NCBI GenBank assembly: GCA_002708995.1
Contig: PAPT01000025.1
Coordinates: 10,548-74,547 of the forward strand
Reading direction: 5' to 3'
Length of the DNA: 64,000 nt
DNA from: Geminicoccus sp.
GTDB taxonomy: Bacteria > Pseudomonadota > Alphaproteobacteria > UBA7985
In this document: piece after piece, positions 53,437-62,686 of the stretch
Position numbering within the stretch: position 1 is the stretch's first letter
How the letters are laid out: the number at the start of each line of letters is the position of its first letter
Program-made: the position numbers and the translations under genes
Notes under the pieces: model-generated
Seen by the model: only the letters and a program-made list of their open reading frames with translations
What the model was told of the DNA's origin: nothing
Databases searched by the model: none

Positions 53437-55356
53437 CTACTCCTCTTGTGGGATCGCGTTGGGTTTGTAGCGCACATCCTGCACTTTTGCGCTCGGGAAA
53501 GCCTGCAAAGCTGCCTGCACCGTCGGGTGGCGGGTGGCTTCATCGAGTTCCGCCTGTCGCGCCAACCGGCGCGCCTCGGCAAGCGGTGACTGGCCCTCTT
53601 CATCGGAAATGGCAACCGTCAGGCGCTCGCCGGTCAGGCGGAGCACGGCATCCTGCACCTGTAGCGGCAGGTCGCGCGGCGCCCGGGATGTTAGGCGCAA
53701 GTCCAGACGCGGCGGCTCGAAGCGGACCAGATGCACGTCCTCGGCCAGCTGCGCACCCAGCAGCGCCGAAGCCTGCTCTCCGATGAGGCTGACCAGCCCT
53801 TCGAAGCCACCGGGCAGCGTCTGGGGCCCGGGGTCGGGCGTGGGCGCAATATCGCCGTCTTCGGTGAGCGCGTCGGCGCCTGTCGGCAGCGCAGTGGCTG
53901 CCGTGGGGGCATCGGGGGCATCCGGGGGCGGAATATCGGCCCAACCCGGCGGCCCGCTTTCCGTCGCGGAGACAGCTAGCGCCTCAGTGGCCGTTTCCGG
54001 CTGCGGTGTCGACGGTGCTGGCGGTACTGGCGGGGTCGGTGCAGGAGGAGGCGGAGAGGCTGACACGGGTGCACCAGAAGGCGCCAGCGCTACTCGCGGG
54101 CCGTTGTCCGGCGCCGAAGCCGGCGCGGGCGGTGGCGGCTCAGGCGATGCCGGCGGCGTTTCAGCCGCCGCGCCACCGGCACGCATCTGCTCGACCAACT
54201 GCCCCGGATCGGGCATCTGGGAGAGGTAACAGAGACGCAGCAGCACCATTTCAGCAGCCATGGACGACTGGAAGGCGGACTGCACCTCGCGCAAGCCGGA
54301 CAGCGCTGCCTGCCAGAACCGGCTCAGCTGCGCCATGGACAGGCTGCGCGCCAGCGCCAGCATGGCGTCGCGGTGGCCCTCGCCGCTGGTCAGACGGGCT
54401 TCGCCCTGGGTGACGTGCAGGCGGGTCAGCTCATGGGCAAATTCGGCAATCGAGCGCACGACCGCAGCGGGGTCCGCGCCGTCTTTGTAGAGCGCATCGA
54501 ACAGGGTCAGCACCTGCTCGGTCTGACCGCGGGCGATGGCCTCGAACAGCTCGACGAGCCGGCCGTAGTCGGACAGGCCGAGCATATCGCGCACAGCCTC
54601 GACCTCGATGGCACTGCCACCCAGCGCAATCGCCTGATCCAGCAGCGACAGACCATCGCGCGCTGACCCGTCGGCGGCCTGCGCGATCAGGTGCAGGGCA
54701 TCGTCGCTGATGGTCACGCCTTCCTTGTCGGTCAGTCCCCGAAAGTACGTCGCCAGCTGCTCGGCGGAAATCCGGCGCAGGTCGAAGCGCTGGCAGCGGC
54801 TGCGAACCGTAATCGGTACGCGGTCGGCTTCGGTGGTTGCAAAGATGAACTTGACGTGGGCCGGTGGCTCTTCGAGCGTCTTCAACAGGGCGTTGAACGC
54901 CGCCTTGGAGAGCATGTGCACTTCATCGATGATGTAGATTTTGTAGCGCGAGGAAACCGGGACGTATTTCATCCCGTCCATGATTTCGCGCATGTTGTCG
55001 ACACCGGTGTGGCTGGCGGCGTCCATCTCGATCACGTCGACGCTGCGATCCTCGCTGATGGCGAGGCAGGACGGGCAGGTGCCGCAGGGGTCAGCGGCGG
55101 GGGAAGTGCGGCCGTCTTCCTGACAATTGAGCGCGCGCGCGACGATCCGCGCCGTGGTGGTTTTACCTACGCCACGAACGCCGGACAGCAGAAACGCATG
55201 GGCCAGGCGGCCGGTTTCAAAAGCATTGCGCAGGGTCCGGACCAGCGCGTCCTGACCGATGAGGGTCGAAAAGTCGCGCGGACGGTATTTGCGCGCCAGA
55301 ACGAGGTACTCGCCGGCTTCACCATCGATCAGGGATGTCTGGTTGGAAGGGACCAT
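53437..55356 (-). CDS. dnaX: DNA polymerase III subunits gamma/tau
   Basis: AAA+ clamp-loader motifs ([13 protein letters not shown], zinc module CGTCPSC, SRC). Long Pro/Ala-rich linker. Classic dnaX-ybaB-recR order. Confidence 0.95.
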   Translation of the reverse strand: MVPSNQTSLIDGEAGEYLVLARKYRPRDFSTLIGQDALVRTLRNAFETGRLAHAFLLSGVRGVGKTTTARIVARALNCQEDGRTSPAADPCGTCPSCLAISEDRSVDVIEMDAASHTGVDNMREIMDGMKYVPVSSRYKIYIIDEVHMLSKAAFNALLKTLEEPPAHVKFIFATTEADRVPITVRSRCQRFDLRRISAEQLATYFRGLTDKEGVTISDDALHLIAQAADGSARDGLSLLDQAIALGGSAIEVEAVRDMLGLSDYGRLVELFEAIARGQTEQVLTLFDALYKDGADPAAVVRSIAEFAHELTRLHVTQGEARLTSGEGHRDAMLALARSLSMAQLSRFWQAALSGLREVQSAFQSSMAAEMVLLRLCYLSQMPDPGQLVEQMRAGGAAAETPPASPEPPPPAPASAPDNGPRVALAPSGAPVSASPPPPAPTPPVPPAPSTPQPETATEALAVSATESGPPGWADIPPPDAPDAPTAATALPTGADALTEDGDIAPTPDPGPQTLPGGFEGLVSLIGEQASALLGAQLAEDVHLVRFEPPRLDLRLTSRAPRDLPLQVQDAVLRLTGERLTVAISDEEGQSPLAEARRLARQAELDEATRHPTVQAALQAFPSAKVQDVRYKPNAIPQEE

Positions 55357-55440
55357 CTGCCACTTTATCCACGTTCTCGCCGTGTCCGCGCCCTGCCCTT
55401 CCGTTGGAATTGCGCTACACAGGGCGGCAGAAGAAATCTC

Positions 55441-55534
55441 AAGGGAAGATTGGAACGACCCGCACCGAATTCGTTACGGCTGCTTCCTTCCGGACCTGAC
55501 CGGATTGGCGAGAGGCACGTCCGCCCCAACCTTC
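55441..55534 (-). ncRNA. ffs: Signal recognition particle RNA (4.5S / SRP RNA, small bacterial type)
   Basis: Minus-strand sequence contains the conserved domain IV core GGUCAGGUCCGGAAGGAAGCAGCC. The 5' (GAAGGUUGG) and 3' (CCAAUCUUCC) ends pair. Located immediately upstream of dnaX as in many bacteria. Ends are approximate. Confidence 0.75.
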
Positions 55535-55539
55535 ACGGT

Positions 55540-55570
55540 ATTATATGGAGCACAGCCGAGCGGCTTGCAA
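55540..55570 (-). promoter_or_regulatory. Sigma70-like promoter for ffs (TTGCAA -19- TATAAT)
   Basis: On the minus strand, TTGCAA (55570-55565), a 19-nt spacer and TATAAT (55545-55540), 6-7 nt before the predicted ffs 5' end. Confidence 0.5.
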
Positions 55571-55578
55571 GACAAGGC

Positions 55579-56634
55579 ATGAACAACGACGACCCGCAAA
55601 AGACGCTTTCGCCGGCCCATCTTGACCGCTATGACCCCTCACCCAGCGCCGTTCCGCGGCGCACGGAGATCCGCGATGTCGACGACCAGACCTCGCGACC
55701 CTTCTCCGGTTCGGCCCAGCGGCTCTTTGACCGGCCCCTACCCTATACCTTCGACGGCCTCGACCGCGACGGGCTGGACCGCAGCGATCCGGCCGCCATT
55801 GCCGCGGCGCTGAACAGCCCGGAAGCCAAGATTCTGCCCGTCTGGCGGCGGCGGGTGCTGATGAGCGACGACGGCGACACCCTGCACAGCTGGCCCCGCG
55901 ATAGGTTGAACGAGGGCGACCCGCTGGTCTTCCTCGGCCTGCGCGACGGCACGCCCTACTTCGCAGCGGATATTTCAGCCCACGAGAACCCAGAGACCGA
56001 AGGCGCTCGCGCGCAGTTCATTGACCCGTGGATGGTCGGCCCGAACCTCGACCCCTTCCTCGCCGGGGTCGGTGCCTACGCCCGGCATTTGCTCGCCTGG
56101 CACCGCAGCAGCCGGTTTTGCGGGCGCTGCAGCAGCCCGACCGAAGCCGCACGCGCCGGGCTGGAGCGGCGCTGCACCAACCCCGACTGCGGCGAAGTGC
56201 ACTTCCCCCGCATCAATCCGGCAACGATCATGCTGGTGCAGGACCCCAGCGGCGAGCGCTGCGTCATGGCGCGCAACCACAACTTCCCGCCGACCATCCA
56301 CTCGATCCTCGCGGGCTACGTCGACGCGGGAGAAACGCTCGAACAGACGGTCGCGCGCGAAGTGGCGGAGGAAGTCGGCCTGCGTATCGGCCGGGTGCGC
56401 TACGCGGCGTCTCAGCCCTGGGCCTTCAGCAACTCGTTGATGATCGCGTTCTTCGCGTGGTCAGAGACCGAAGCGCTGCAGGTCAACACCGAGGAGCTGG
56501 AGCGCGCGGACTGGTACAGCCGGGATGAGATCGACGCGCACCGGGACTCGGACAGCTTCCGGCTGCCGCGTCGGGATTCGATCGCGCGCTTCATGATCGA
56601 ATCATGGATGGCCTCGGACCCAGAACCGCTATGA
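55579..56634 (+). CDS. nudC: NAD+ diphosphatase NudC (NUDIX hydrolase with zinc ribbon)
   Basis: C4 zinc ribbon (CGRC...CTNPDC), Nudix box (GYVDAGETLEQTVAREVAEEVGL). Start at ATG 55579. The long fused ORF upstream is rejected. Confidence 0.8.
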   Translation: MNNDDPQKTLSPAHLDRYDPSPSAVPRRTEIRDVDDQTSRPFSGSAQRLFDRPLPYTFDGLDRDGLDRSDPAAIAAALNSPEAKILPVWRRRVLMSDDGDTLHSWPRDRLNEGDPLVFLGLRDGTPYFAADISAHENPETEGARAQFIDPWMVGPNLDPFLAGVGAYARHLLAWHRSSRFCGRCSSPTEAARAGLERRCTNPDCGEVHFPRINPATIMLVQDPSGERCVMARNHNFPPTIHSILAGYVDAGETLEQTVAREVAEEVGLRIGRVRYAASQPWAFSNSLMIAFFAWSETEALQVNTEELERADWYSRDEIDAHRDSDSFRLPRRDSIARFMIESWMASDPEPL

Positions 56635-56688
56635 AGTCCGCTCACAGGGTGCAGCCGGTCTGACTGGCGCCCTGTTATCCGTCAGAGG

Positions 56689-57525
56689 TCAGGACTTGCG
56701 GAAGGACGAGGCCGGGTAAGACCCCAGAACCCGCACGTGCTCGCTGAAATAGGCCAGATCCTGCAGAGCGATGGCGACGTTGGTGTCATCCTGCGCGCCG
56801 TCGATGTCGGTGTAGAATTGCGCGACCGTGTGCCGGGCGTCGGTGATGTAGCTCTCCAGCTTGGTGATGTTGACGCCATTGGTGGCAAAGCCGGTCAAGG
56901 CTTTGTACAGCGCGGCGGGCACAGACCGGGTCTTGAACACCAACGAAGTGATGACCTTCTCCTCCTTGCCCGTGACTTTGTAAGGCTCGGGCGCGAGCAG
57001 CACGAAGCGGGTATTGTTGTCGCTCGAATCGCTGACGTCGGCCTCGAAGATTTCCAACCCGTACATCTCGGCGGCCAGCGATGGCGCTAGCGCAACCTGC
57101 TCCGCCGACCCATCGGCCACGACGATTTTGGCGGCACCGGCGGTGTCGTGGGCGACAACCGGTTCCAGCCCGTGCTTGCGGATCACGTCCCGGCACTGAC
57201 CCAGCGCGTGGACGTGGCTGAGCACGCGTCTCGCCTCTGTCACGGATTGGCCCGGCAGGCCCATGAGCTGGAACTGGATGGGTAGGAAATGTTCGCCGAT
57301 GATGTGCAGACCGCTCTCAGGCAGCAGGCGGTGCACGTCGGCGACCCGACCGGCCGTGGAGTTGTCGATCGGGATCATGGCGGCGTCGGCCAGCCCGGCC
57401 GGGACAGCCGCAAAGCTTTCTTCAAACGTCCGACAGGGGACCGGCTCGACAGAGCTGCCCCCGTAATACTGCAGAACTGCCGTGTGTGAATTGGCGCCCA
57501 ATTCCCCCTGAAACGCGACCTTCAT
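56689..57525 (-). CDS. pheA: Prephenate dehydratase
   Basis: PDT domain (conserved TRF motif, ESRP-like region) and C-terminal ACT domain. Confidence 0.85.
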   Translation of the reverse strand: MKVAFQGELGANSHTAVLQYYGGSSVEPVPCRTFEESFAAVPAGLADAAMIPIDNSTAGRVADVHRLLPESGLHIIGEHFLPIQFQLMGLPGQSVTEARRVLSHVHALGQCRDVIRKHGLEPVVAHDTAGAAKIVVADGSAEQVALAPSLAAEMYGLEIFEADVSDSSDNNTRFVLLAPEPYKVTGKEEKVITSLVFKTRSVPAALYKALTGFATNGVNITKLESYITDARHTVAQFYTDIDGAQDDTNVAIALQDLAYFSEHVRVLGSYPASSFRKS

Positions 57526-57712
57526 GACGTCTCCCTGCGCTCTCTGCGCGTCGCTTGCATTAACCGTGACCCTGTACCAGCATTGCTGAACCCCATTTGC
57601 GGCGTTGCAGCCCTTGCGTTTTCCAGCCCCTTAGGTCATCCAACACAACGAATGCAACCTTCCTTAGCCTTTTCGGGCGCGGGAGCAAAAAAGTCCACCG
57701 CAGGTCTAGTCG

Positions 57713-58306
57713 ATGAGCAATTCCTTTCTGATCTTCGCCTCTGTCCTATTTGCAGCGTTTCTGGGTCTGAGCTTCATTCAGATTACCAAGCTGTTCGACC
57801 CGTCGCACCACGGCCACCACGACAAAGTTGTCAACGGTTTCCCGATCCCGGAACTGGCTGTCGGTGGCGGTGAGAAAGAGGTGTTCATCACCCCGATTTC
57901 GATCCGTCTTGCCGACGCGAACCCGGCACTGGGTCCGAAAGCTGCCGCCAAGTGCACCACCTGTCACGCGTTCGAGCAGGGTGGCGTCAACAAGATCGGC
58001 CCGGCGCTGTGGAACATCGTGGGTCGCGATATCGCTGCCGACGCCACCTACTCCTACTCCGGCGCGCTGGCTGGCATCGATGGCAACTGGACCGCTGAAG
58101 CCCTCGACGGCTTCCTACTCAAGCCCAAGGCCTGGGCACCTGGCACCAAGATGGGCTTCGCGGGTCTCAAGGATGAGGCCGACCGTGCCAACCTGATCGC
58201 GTGGATGTATCAGCAGGCTGACGCACCGCTGGCGCTGCCCGAACCATCGGCTGAAGATCTGGCTGCGGTCGAGGCCTATAACGCGGAAACCGCCGCTGCG
58301 GAATAA
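57713..58306 (+). CDS. Membrane-anchored c-type cytochrome (CycM/c552-like)
   Basis: N-terminal TM anchor, single CTTCH heme motif, Met-containing distal region. Terminator downstream. Confidence 0.75.
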   Translation: MSNSFLIFASVLFAAFLGLSFIQITKLFDPSHHGHHDKVVNGFPIPELAVGGGEKEVFITPISIRLADANPALGPKAAAKCTTCHAFEQGGVNKIGPALWNIVGRDIAADATYSYSGALAGIDGNWTAEALDGFLLKPKAWAPGTKMGFAGLKDEADRANLIAWMYQQADAPLALPEPSAEDLAAVEAYNAETAAAE

Positions 58307-58332
58307 CGCACTTTTGATCACCAAATCTTGAG

Positions 58333-58366
58333 CCCACGGACTGAAAGGTCGCGTGGGCTTTTTTGT
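58333..58366 (+). terminator. Rho-independent terminator (gcccacg...cgtgggc + TTTTTTG)
   Basis: 7-bp GC stem with 12-nt loop followed by a T6 run, 27 nt after the cytochrome c stop. Confidence 0.7.
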
Positions 58367-58473
58367 TCCTCGTTTTGCCCCATTTTGTCTTTTGCATCTG
58401 ACAAGGGCAGAGCTTAGGCGAAAACCCGAAACCGAAATCTCAAAGCTGACCGCAATCAACTGGGGGAAAGACT

Positions 58474-60354
58474 GTGACCAACCACCTTGGAAAAATCGTT
58501 TCCGGCACCGCGCTGCTGCTGCTGGCCGCCGGTGTGGCATCTGCCGAAAATGACATGGACGCACCGATCCAGCACTTCATCCACAAATTTGATGGCGAGG
58601 CCAGATACCCCGCCGACGTGGAAAGCTACCCCTATCTGAATGCTGACGCGCCGGTGTACGGCGAATACGTCTCCGCCGTGGTCGGCGGCTTCAACGACTT
58701 CAACAACCTCAACGGCCGGGGCGACGATGCTGCTGGTCTGGGCCTGCTCTACGACAGCATGCTTGGTGGGGTCGCGGACGAACTCGACACCTCTTACGGT
58801 ATCCTCGCCGAGACCATCCAGATGCCCAAGGACCGCTCTTGGGTCATCTACAAGCTGCGCGACGAAGCGCGCTGGCCCAACGGCTCGCCGGTCACGGCCG
58901 AAGACGTCAAATTCACCTTTGATTTCCAGTTCGAGAAGGGCTGGCCCGGCTTTGCCGATGCCTTCGCCATGATCGAGAGCATCGAAGTACTGGACGGCAA
59001 CCGGGTGAAGTTCTCCTTCACCGAGGACAACACCGACCGCAACGTCCCCTTCACCATCGGCGGTGAGGCCATCATCCCGAAGTACTTCTGGGAAGACCGC
59101 GACCCGCAGGAGATTTTCCTCGACGTCTACCCGGTCGGCTCTGGTGAGTACCGCATCAAGGAACACCAGGACGAAAACTACATCATCTACGAACGCCGCG
59201 ACGACTACTGGGGCGACAGTTTTGCCTGGGCACAGGGTTCGGCCAACTTCCAGACCATGCGCTACAAGTACTACAACGATGTCACCACGATCCGTAACGC
59301 GATCAAGGTCGGTGAGATCGACATGCGCGGCGAGAACCAGATGAAGGCCTGGGTCAACGACTACAAGGCCGAAGACATCCCGGCGATTGCCGAAGGGCTG
59401 CTGATCAAGAAGGAATTCGAAGACAACGAAATCCAGAACACGCAGGCCATGTTCTTCAACCTGCAGAAAGAGAAGTTCCAGGACCGCCGCGTTCGTGAAG
59501 CCATCGGCCTGGCCTTCGACTTTGAATTCACCAACAAGCAGCTGTTCTACGGCCGCTACCTGCGCCAGAACTCGCACCTCGAGAACTCGCAGCTGGAAGC
59601 CACCGGCGTGGCTTCGGGTCGTGAGCTGGAAATCCTGCAGGCCCTCGACGCCAAATTCCCGGGCCAGCTGCCCGCGACCGTGTTCGGCGAGCAGTATTTC
59701 TACCCCGAGACCGACGGCTCCGGGAACAACCGCGATAACCTGCGAAAGGCCCTGAACCTGTTCGCAGAGGCGGGCTGGAACCTCGAAGACGGTAAGCTGG
59801 TCAACGTCGACGGCGAACAGTTTGCGCTGGAAATTGTCGACAGCTCGCCGGACAGCGAGCGCTATATCCTGCCATGGGTGGAGAACCTGGAGCGGATCGG
59901 CATCGACGCGACCTTCAGCCTCCTCGACCCGACCCAGTGGATCGAAAAGATCCGGACCCGTGACTTCGACATGACCGACTACGTCTACCGCGCGTCGTAC
60001 ACGCCGGGCACGCAGATGCGTTACTACTGGTCCTCGGAGCTGGCAGCGACCCCGGGCTCGATCGCCTTCCACGGCTACGAGAGCGAGGTGCTGGACGACC
60101 TGATCGCACAGCTGACGAGCGCCGAGAGCCGTGAGGAGCTCAACGCCGTCTCCAAGGCGCTGGACCGCGTGCTGATCTCCGAACACGTCGTGGTGCTCGA
60201 GTGGTACTACAACAAGTCCCGCCTGCTGTACTGGGACAAGTTCGGCGTGATCGACCACAGCGACGATGAGGACTACCTCGGCTCGCCGACCGGCGGTTGG
60301 TGGATCGATGAAGCCCTCGACATGACGCTCGACGAGCGTCGTGAAGCGCTCTGA
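58474..60354 (+). CDS. yejA: ABC transporter substrate-binding protein, family 5 (YejA/oligopeptide-microcin C type)
   Basis: 626 aa with signal peptide and cluster-C SBP architecture. GTG start. First gene of a yejABEF-like operon. Confidence 0.8.
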   Translation: MTNHLGKIVSGTALLLLAAGVASAENDMDAPIQHFIHKFDGEARYPADVESYPYLNADAPVYGEYVSAVVGGFNDFNNLNGRGDDAAGLGLLYDSMLGGVADELDTSYGILAETIQMPKDRSWVIYKLRDEARWPNGSPVTAEDVKFTFDFQFEKGWPGFADAFAMIESIEVLDGNRVKFSFTEDNTDRNVPFTIGGEAIIPKYFWEDRDPQEIFLDVYPVGSGEYRIKEHQDENYIIYERRDDYWGDSFAWAQGSANFQTMRYKYYNDVTTIRNAIKVGEIDMRGENQMKAWVNDYKAEDIPAIAEGLLIKKEFEDNEIQNTQAMFFNLQKEKFQDRRVREAIGLAFDFEFTNKQLFYGRYLRQNSHLENSQLEATGVASGRELEILQALDAKFPGQLPATVFGEQYFYPETDGSGNNRDNLRKALNLFAEAGWNLEDGKLVNVDGEQFALEIVDSSPDSERYILPWVENLERIGIDATFSLLDPTQWIEKIRTRDFDMTDYVYRASYTPGTQMRYYWSSELAATPGSIAFHGYESEVLDDLIAQLTSAESREELNAVSKALDRVLISEHVVVLEWYYNKSRLLYWDKFGVIDHSDDEDYLGSPTGGWWIDEALDMTLDERREAL

Positions 60355-60379
60355 TCACCACAGCTGCTGTTGCCGCTGA

Positions 60380-61495
60380 ATGCTCGCGTACATCATCCGA
60401 CGCTTGTTGCTGATCCCCGTCACCCTGACGGGGATCTTCCTGACCAGCTTCCTGATCATCAACTTCTCCCCCGGGGGACCGCTGGAAGCCCTCATCGCTG
60501 AGATGCAGGGCATTTCGACGGACCTGGGCGACCGGATGATTGGGGCTGCGGGTGACGTGGGCGAAGCCACCGAAGAAGGCGGCGAGATCGAGGTCGGCCG
60601 CGACCTCAACCAGATCGAGGGCTACCGCGGGCGCGAGGGCATGGACCCCGTGACCTTTGAGCGCTACGCGGTGATGTTCGGCCTCGACCGGCCCTGGTAC
60701 GTGCGGCTGGGCGACTACTTCGTCAGCTTCCTGCGCTTCGATTTCAAGGAATCGCTGCGCTACGGCCGGCCAGTGCTCGACGTCATCGTCGAGCGCATGC
60801 CCGTGACCATGGGACTGGGGATCATCGGGGCCCTGTTCACCTACCTGATCTGTATCCCGCTGGGGATCGCCAAGGCCCGCCGCGACGGCAGTCGCTTCGA
60901 CTGGGCGACGACCACGGGCGTGGTCGGGATCGACGCCATCCCCAACTTCGTGCTGGCCATCATGCTGATCGCCATTTTCGCCGTGCAACTGCAATGGTTC
61001 CCGCTGGAGGGGCTGGTCAGCGACAACTGGCGCGAGCTGAACTGGCTGCAGAAGATCGGCGACTATTTCTGGCATATGGCACTGCCCGCCGTGGTGATCC
61101 TCGTTGGCGGCTACGCCGGGCTGATGATGCTGACCAAGAACAGCTTCATGGACCATCTGGGCCAGCAGTACGTCACCACCGCCCGCTCCAAGGGGCTGAG
61201 CGAAAGCCGGATCATGTACGGCCACGTCTTCCGCAACGCCATGATCCTCGTGCTCTCGGGGCTGCCGGGGCTGTTCGTCGGACTGCTGTTCACCGGTTCG
61301 GTGCTGATCGAGCGTATCTTCAACCTCAACGGCCTCGGGCTGCTGGGGCTGGAGAGCCTGTCCAACCGCGACTACCCCGTGCTCTACGCCAACATCTGGA
61401 TCGGCGGACTGCTGGGCCTGACCCTGCATCTGATCTCAGACATATCCTACACGCTTATTGATCCCCGGATCAGTTTCGAAGCGCGCAAAGTCTGA
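60380..61495 (+). CDS. yejB: ABC transporter permease (YejB-like, DppB/OppB family)
   Basis: 6 TM. EAA-like loop (TARSKGLSESRIMYGHVFRNA). Confidence 0.85.
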   Translation: MLAYIIRRLLLIPVTLTGIFLTSFLIINFSPGGPLEALIAEMQGISTDLGDRMIGAAGDVGEATEEGGEIEVGRDLNQIEGYRGREGMDPVTFERYAVMFGLDRPWYVRLGDYFVSFLRFDFKESLRYGRPVLDVIVERMPVTMGLGIIGALFTYLICIPLGIAKARRDGSRFDWATTTGVVGIDAIPNFVLAIMLIAIFAVQLQWFPLEGLVSDNWRELNWLQKIGDYFWHMALPAVVILVGGYAGLMMLTKNSFMDHLGQQYVTTARSKGLSESRIMYGHVFRNAMILVLSGLPGLFVGLLFTGSVLIERIFNLNGLGLLGLESLSNRDYPVLYANIWIGGLLGLTLHLISDISYTLIDPRISFEARKV

Positions 61496-61510
61496 GGGAG
61501 GGGCAGACGC

Positions 61511-62686
61511 ATGAAACTCAAGCCCTACAAGATCCTCGGCCTGCTGCCGGTTACCGAGATCACCTTCCGCCGCTGGCTGCGCTTCCTCGCCGACCGACGG
61601 GCGCTGGTGTCCGTGATTCTGGTTGGACTGATTTTCGGCACCAGCCTGTTCGCCAACGTGATTGCGACCGACCGGCCGCTCTATGTTTCCTACAAGGGCC
61701 AGAACTACTTCCCGTTTCTGGTCGAGTACCCGGAGAGCGAGTTCGACGGCTTTGCCGGGCCGACCAACTACTACGACCCCTTCATCGCCGAAGAGGTCAA
61801 CGATAACGGCTACATGGTCTGGCCGGTCGTGCCCTACCACTACCGGCGGGTGGTCAAGGACGCGGGCGCAGAGTTCCCCAGCGCGCCCGACGCCAACCAC
61901 TGGCTGGGAACGGATGACAAGGGCCGCGACGTGGTCTCACGCCTGATCTACGGCATCCGGGTCAGCTTCCTGTTCGGCTTCATGTACGTCGCCATCACCG
62001 CCGTGGTCGGGATCGCCGCCGGGGCGGTCATGGGCTATTTCGGCGGCTGGGTCGACCTGCTGTTCCAGCGAATACTGGAGATTTACGGCTCTCTGCCGAC
62101 GCTGTTCATCATCATCGCGATCGCCGGGCTGGTGCAGCCGAATTTCTGGCTGCTGCTCGGGTTACTGTCGATCTTCGGCTGGACCGGATACGTCGGCACC
62201 ATCCGCGCCGAGTTCCTCAAGGCCCGCAACTACCAGTACATTACCGCCGCCCGCGCGCTGGGCGTGAGCAACGCCACGGTCATGTGGCGGCACGTCTTCC
62301 CCAACGCCATGGTCGGCACCATCACCTTCATGCCGTTCGCGCTCGCCGGGTCTGTGACCGTGCTCTCCGGGCTCGACTTCCTCGGCTTTGGCCTGCCGCC
62401 GGGCTCGCCGTCGCTGGGTGAGATGACCCGTCAGGGGCTGGCGAACATCCGCAAGTGGTGGCTGGGGTACCCGATTTTCGTCGGGCTGGGTGGGATCACC
62501 ATGCTGATGGTCTTCATCGGCGAGGGCGTCCGTAACGCCATGGATCCGCGCAAGGCGATCCGCATCCGCCTGCCCAAGAAGCACGCCGGCGCGGTCCAGC
62601 CCGGTGATGCCGCGGGTGAGGCGGCGGGTAAGGCGACGGGTGAGGCGGCGGCCGATCCATCCGCAGCGGTGGAGACGAAGCCATGA
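61511..62686 (+). CDS. yejE: ABC transporter permease (YejE-like, DppC/OppC family) with Ala/Gly-rich C-terminal tail
   Basis: 6 TM. EAA loop (AARALGVSNATVMWRHVFPNA). Confidence 0.85.
   Translation: MKLKPYKILGLLPVTEITFRRWLRFLADRRALVSVILVGLIFGTSLFANVIATDRPLYVSYKGQNYFPFLVEYPESEFDGFAGPTNYYDPFIAEEVNDNGYMVWPVVPYHYRRVVKDAGAEFPSAPDANHWLGTDDKGRDVVSRLIYGIRVSFLFGFMYVAITAVVGIAAGAVMGYFGGWVDLLFQRILEIYGSLPTLFIIIAIAGLVQPNFWLLLGLLSIFGWTGYVGTIRAEFLKARNYQYITAARALGVSNATVMWRHVFPNAMVGTITFMPFALAGSVTVLSGLDFLGFGLPPGSPSLGEMTRQGLANIRKWWLGYPIFVGLGGITMLMVFIGEGVRNAMDPRKAIRIRLPKKHAGAVQPGDAAGEAAGKATGEAAADPSAAVETKP

Noticed and set aside
54691-55578. N-terminal 296 residues of the 647-aa ORF ending at 56634
   Set aside because: Antisense to dnaX and running across the ffs gene and its promoter. 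NudC homology and an ATG with sensible context begin at 55579.
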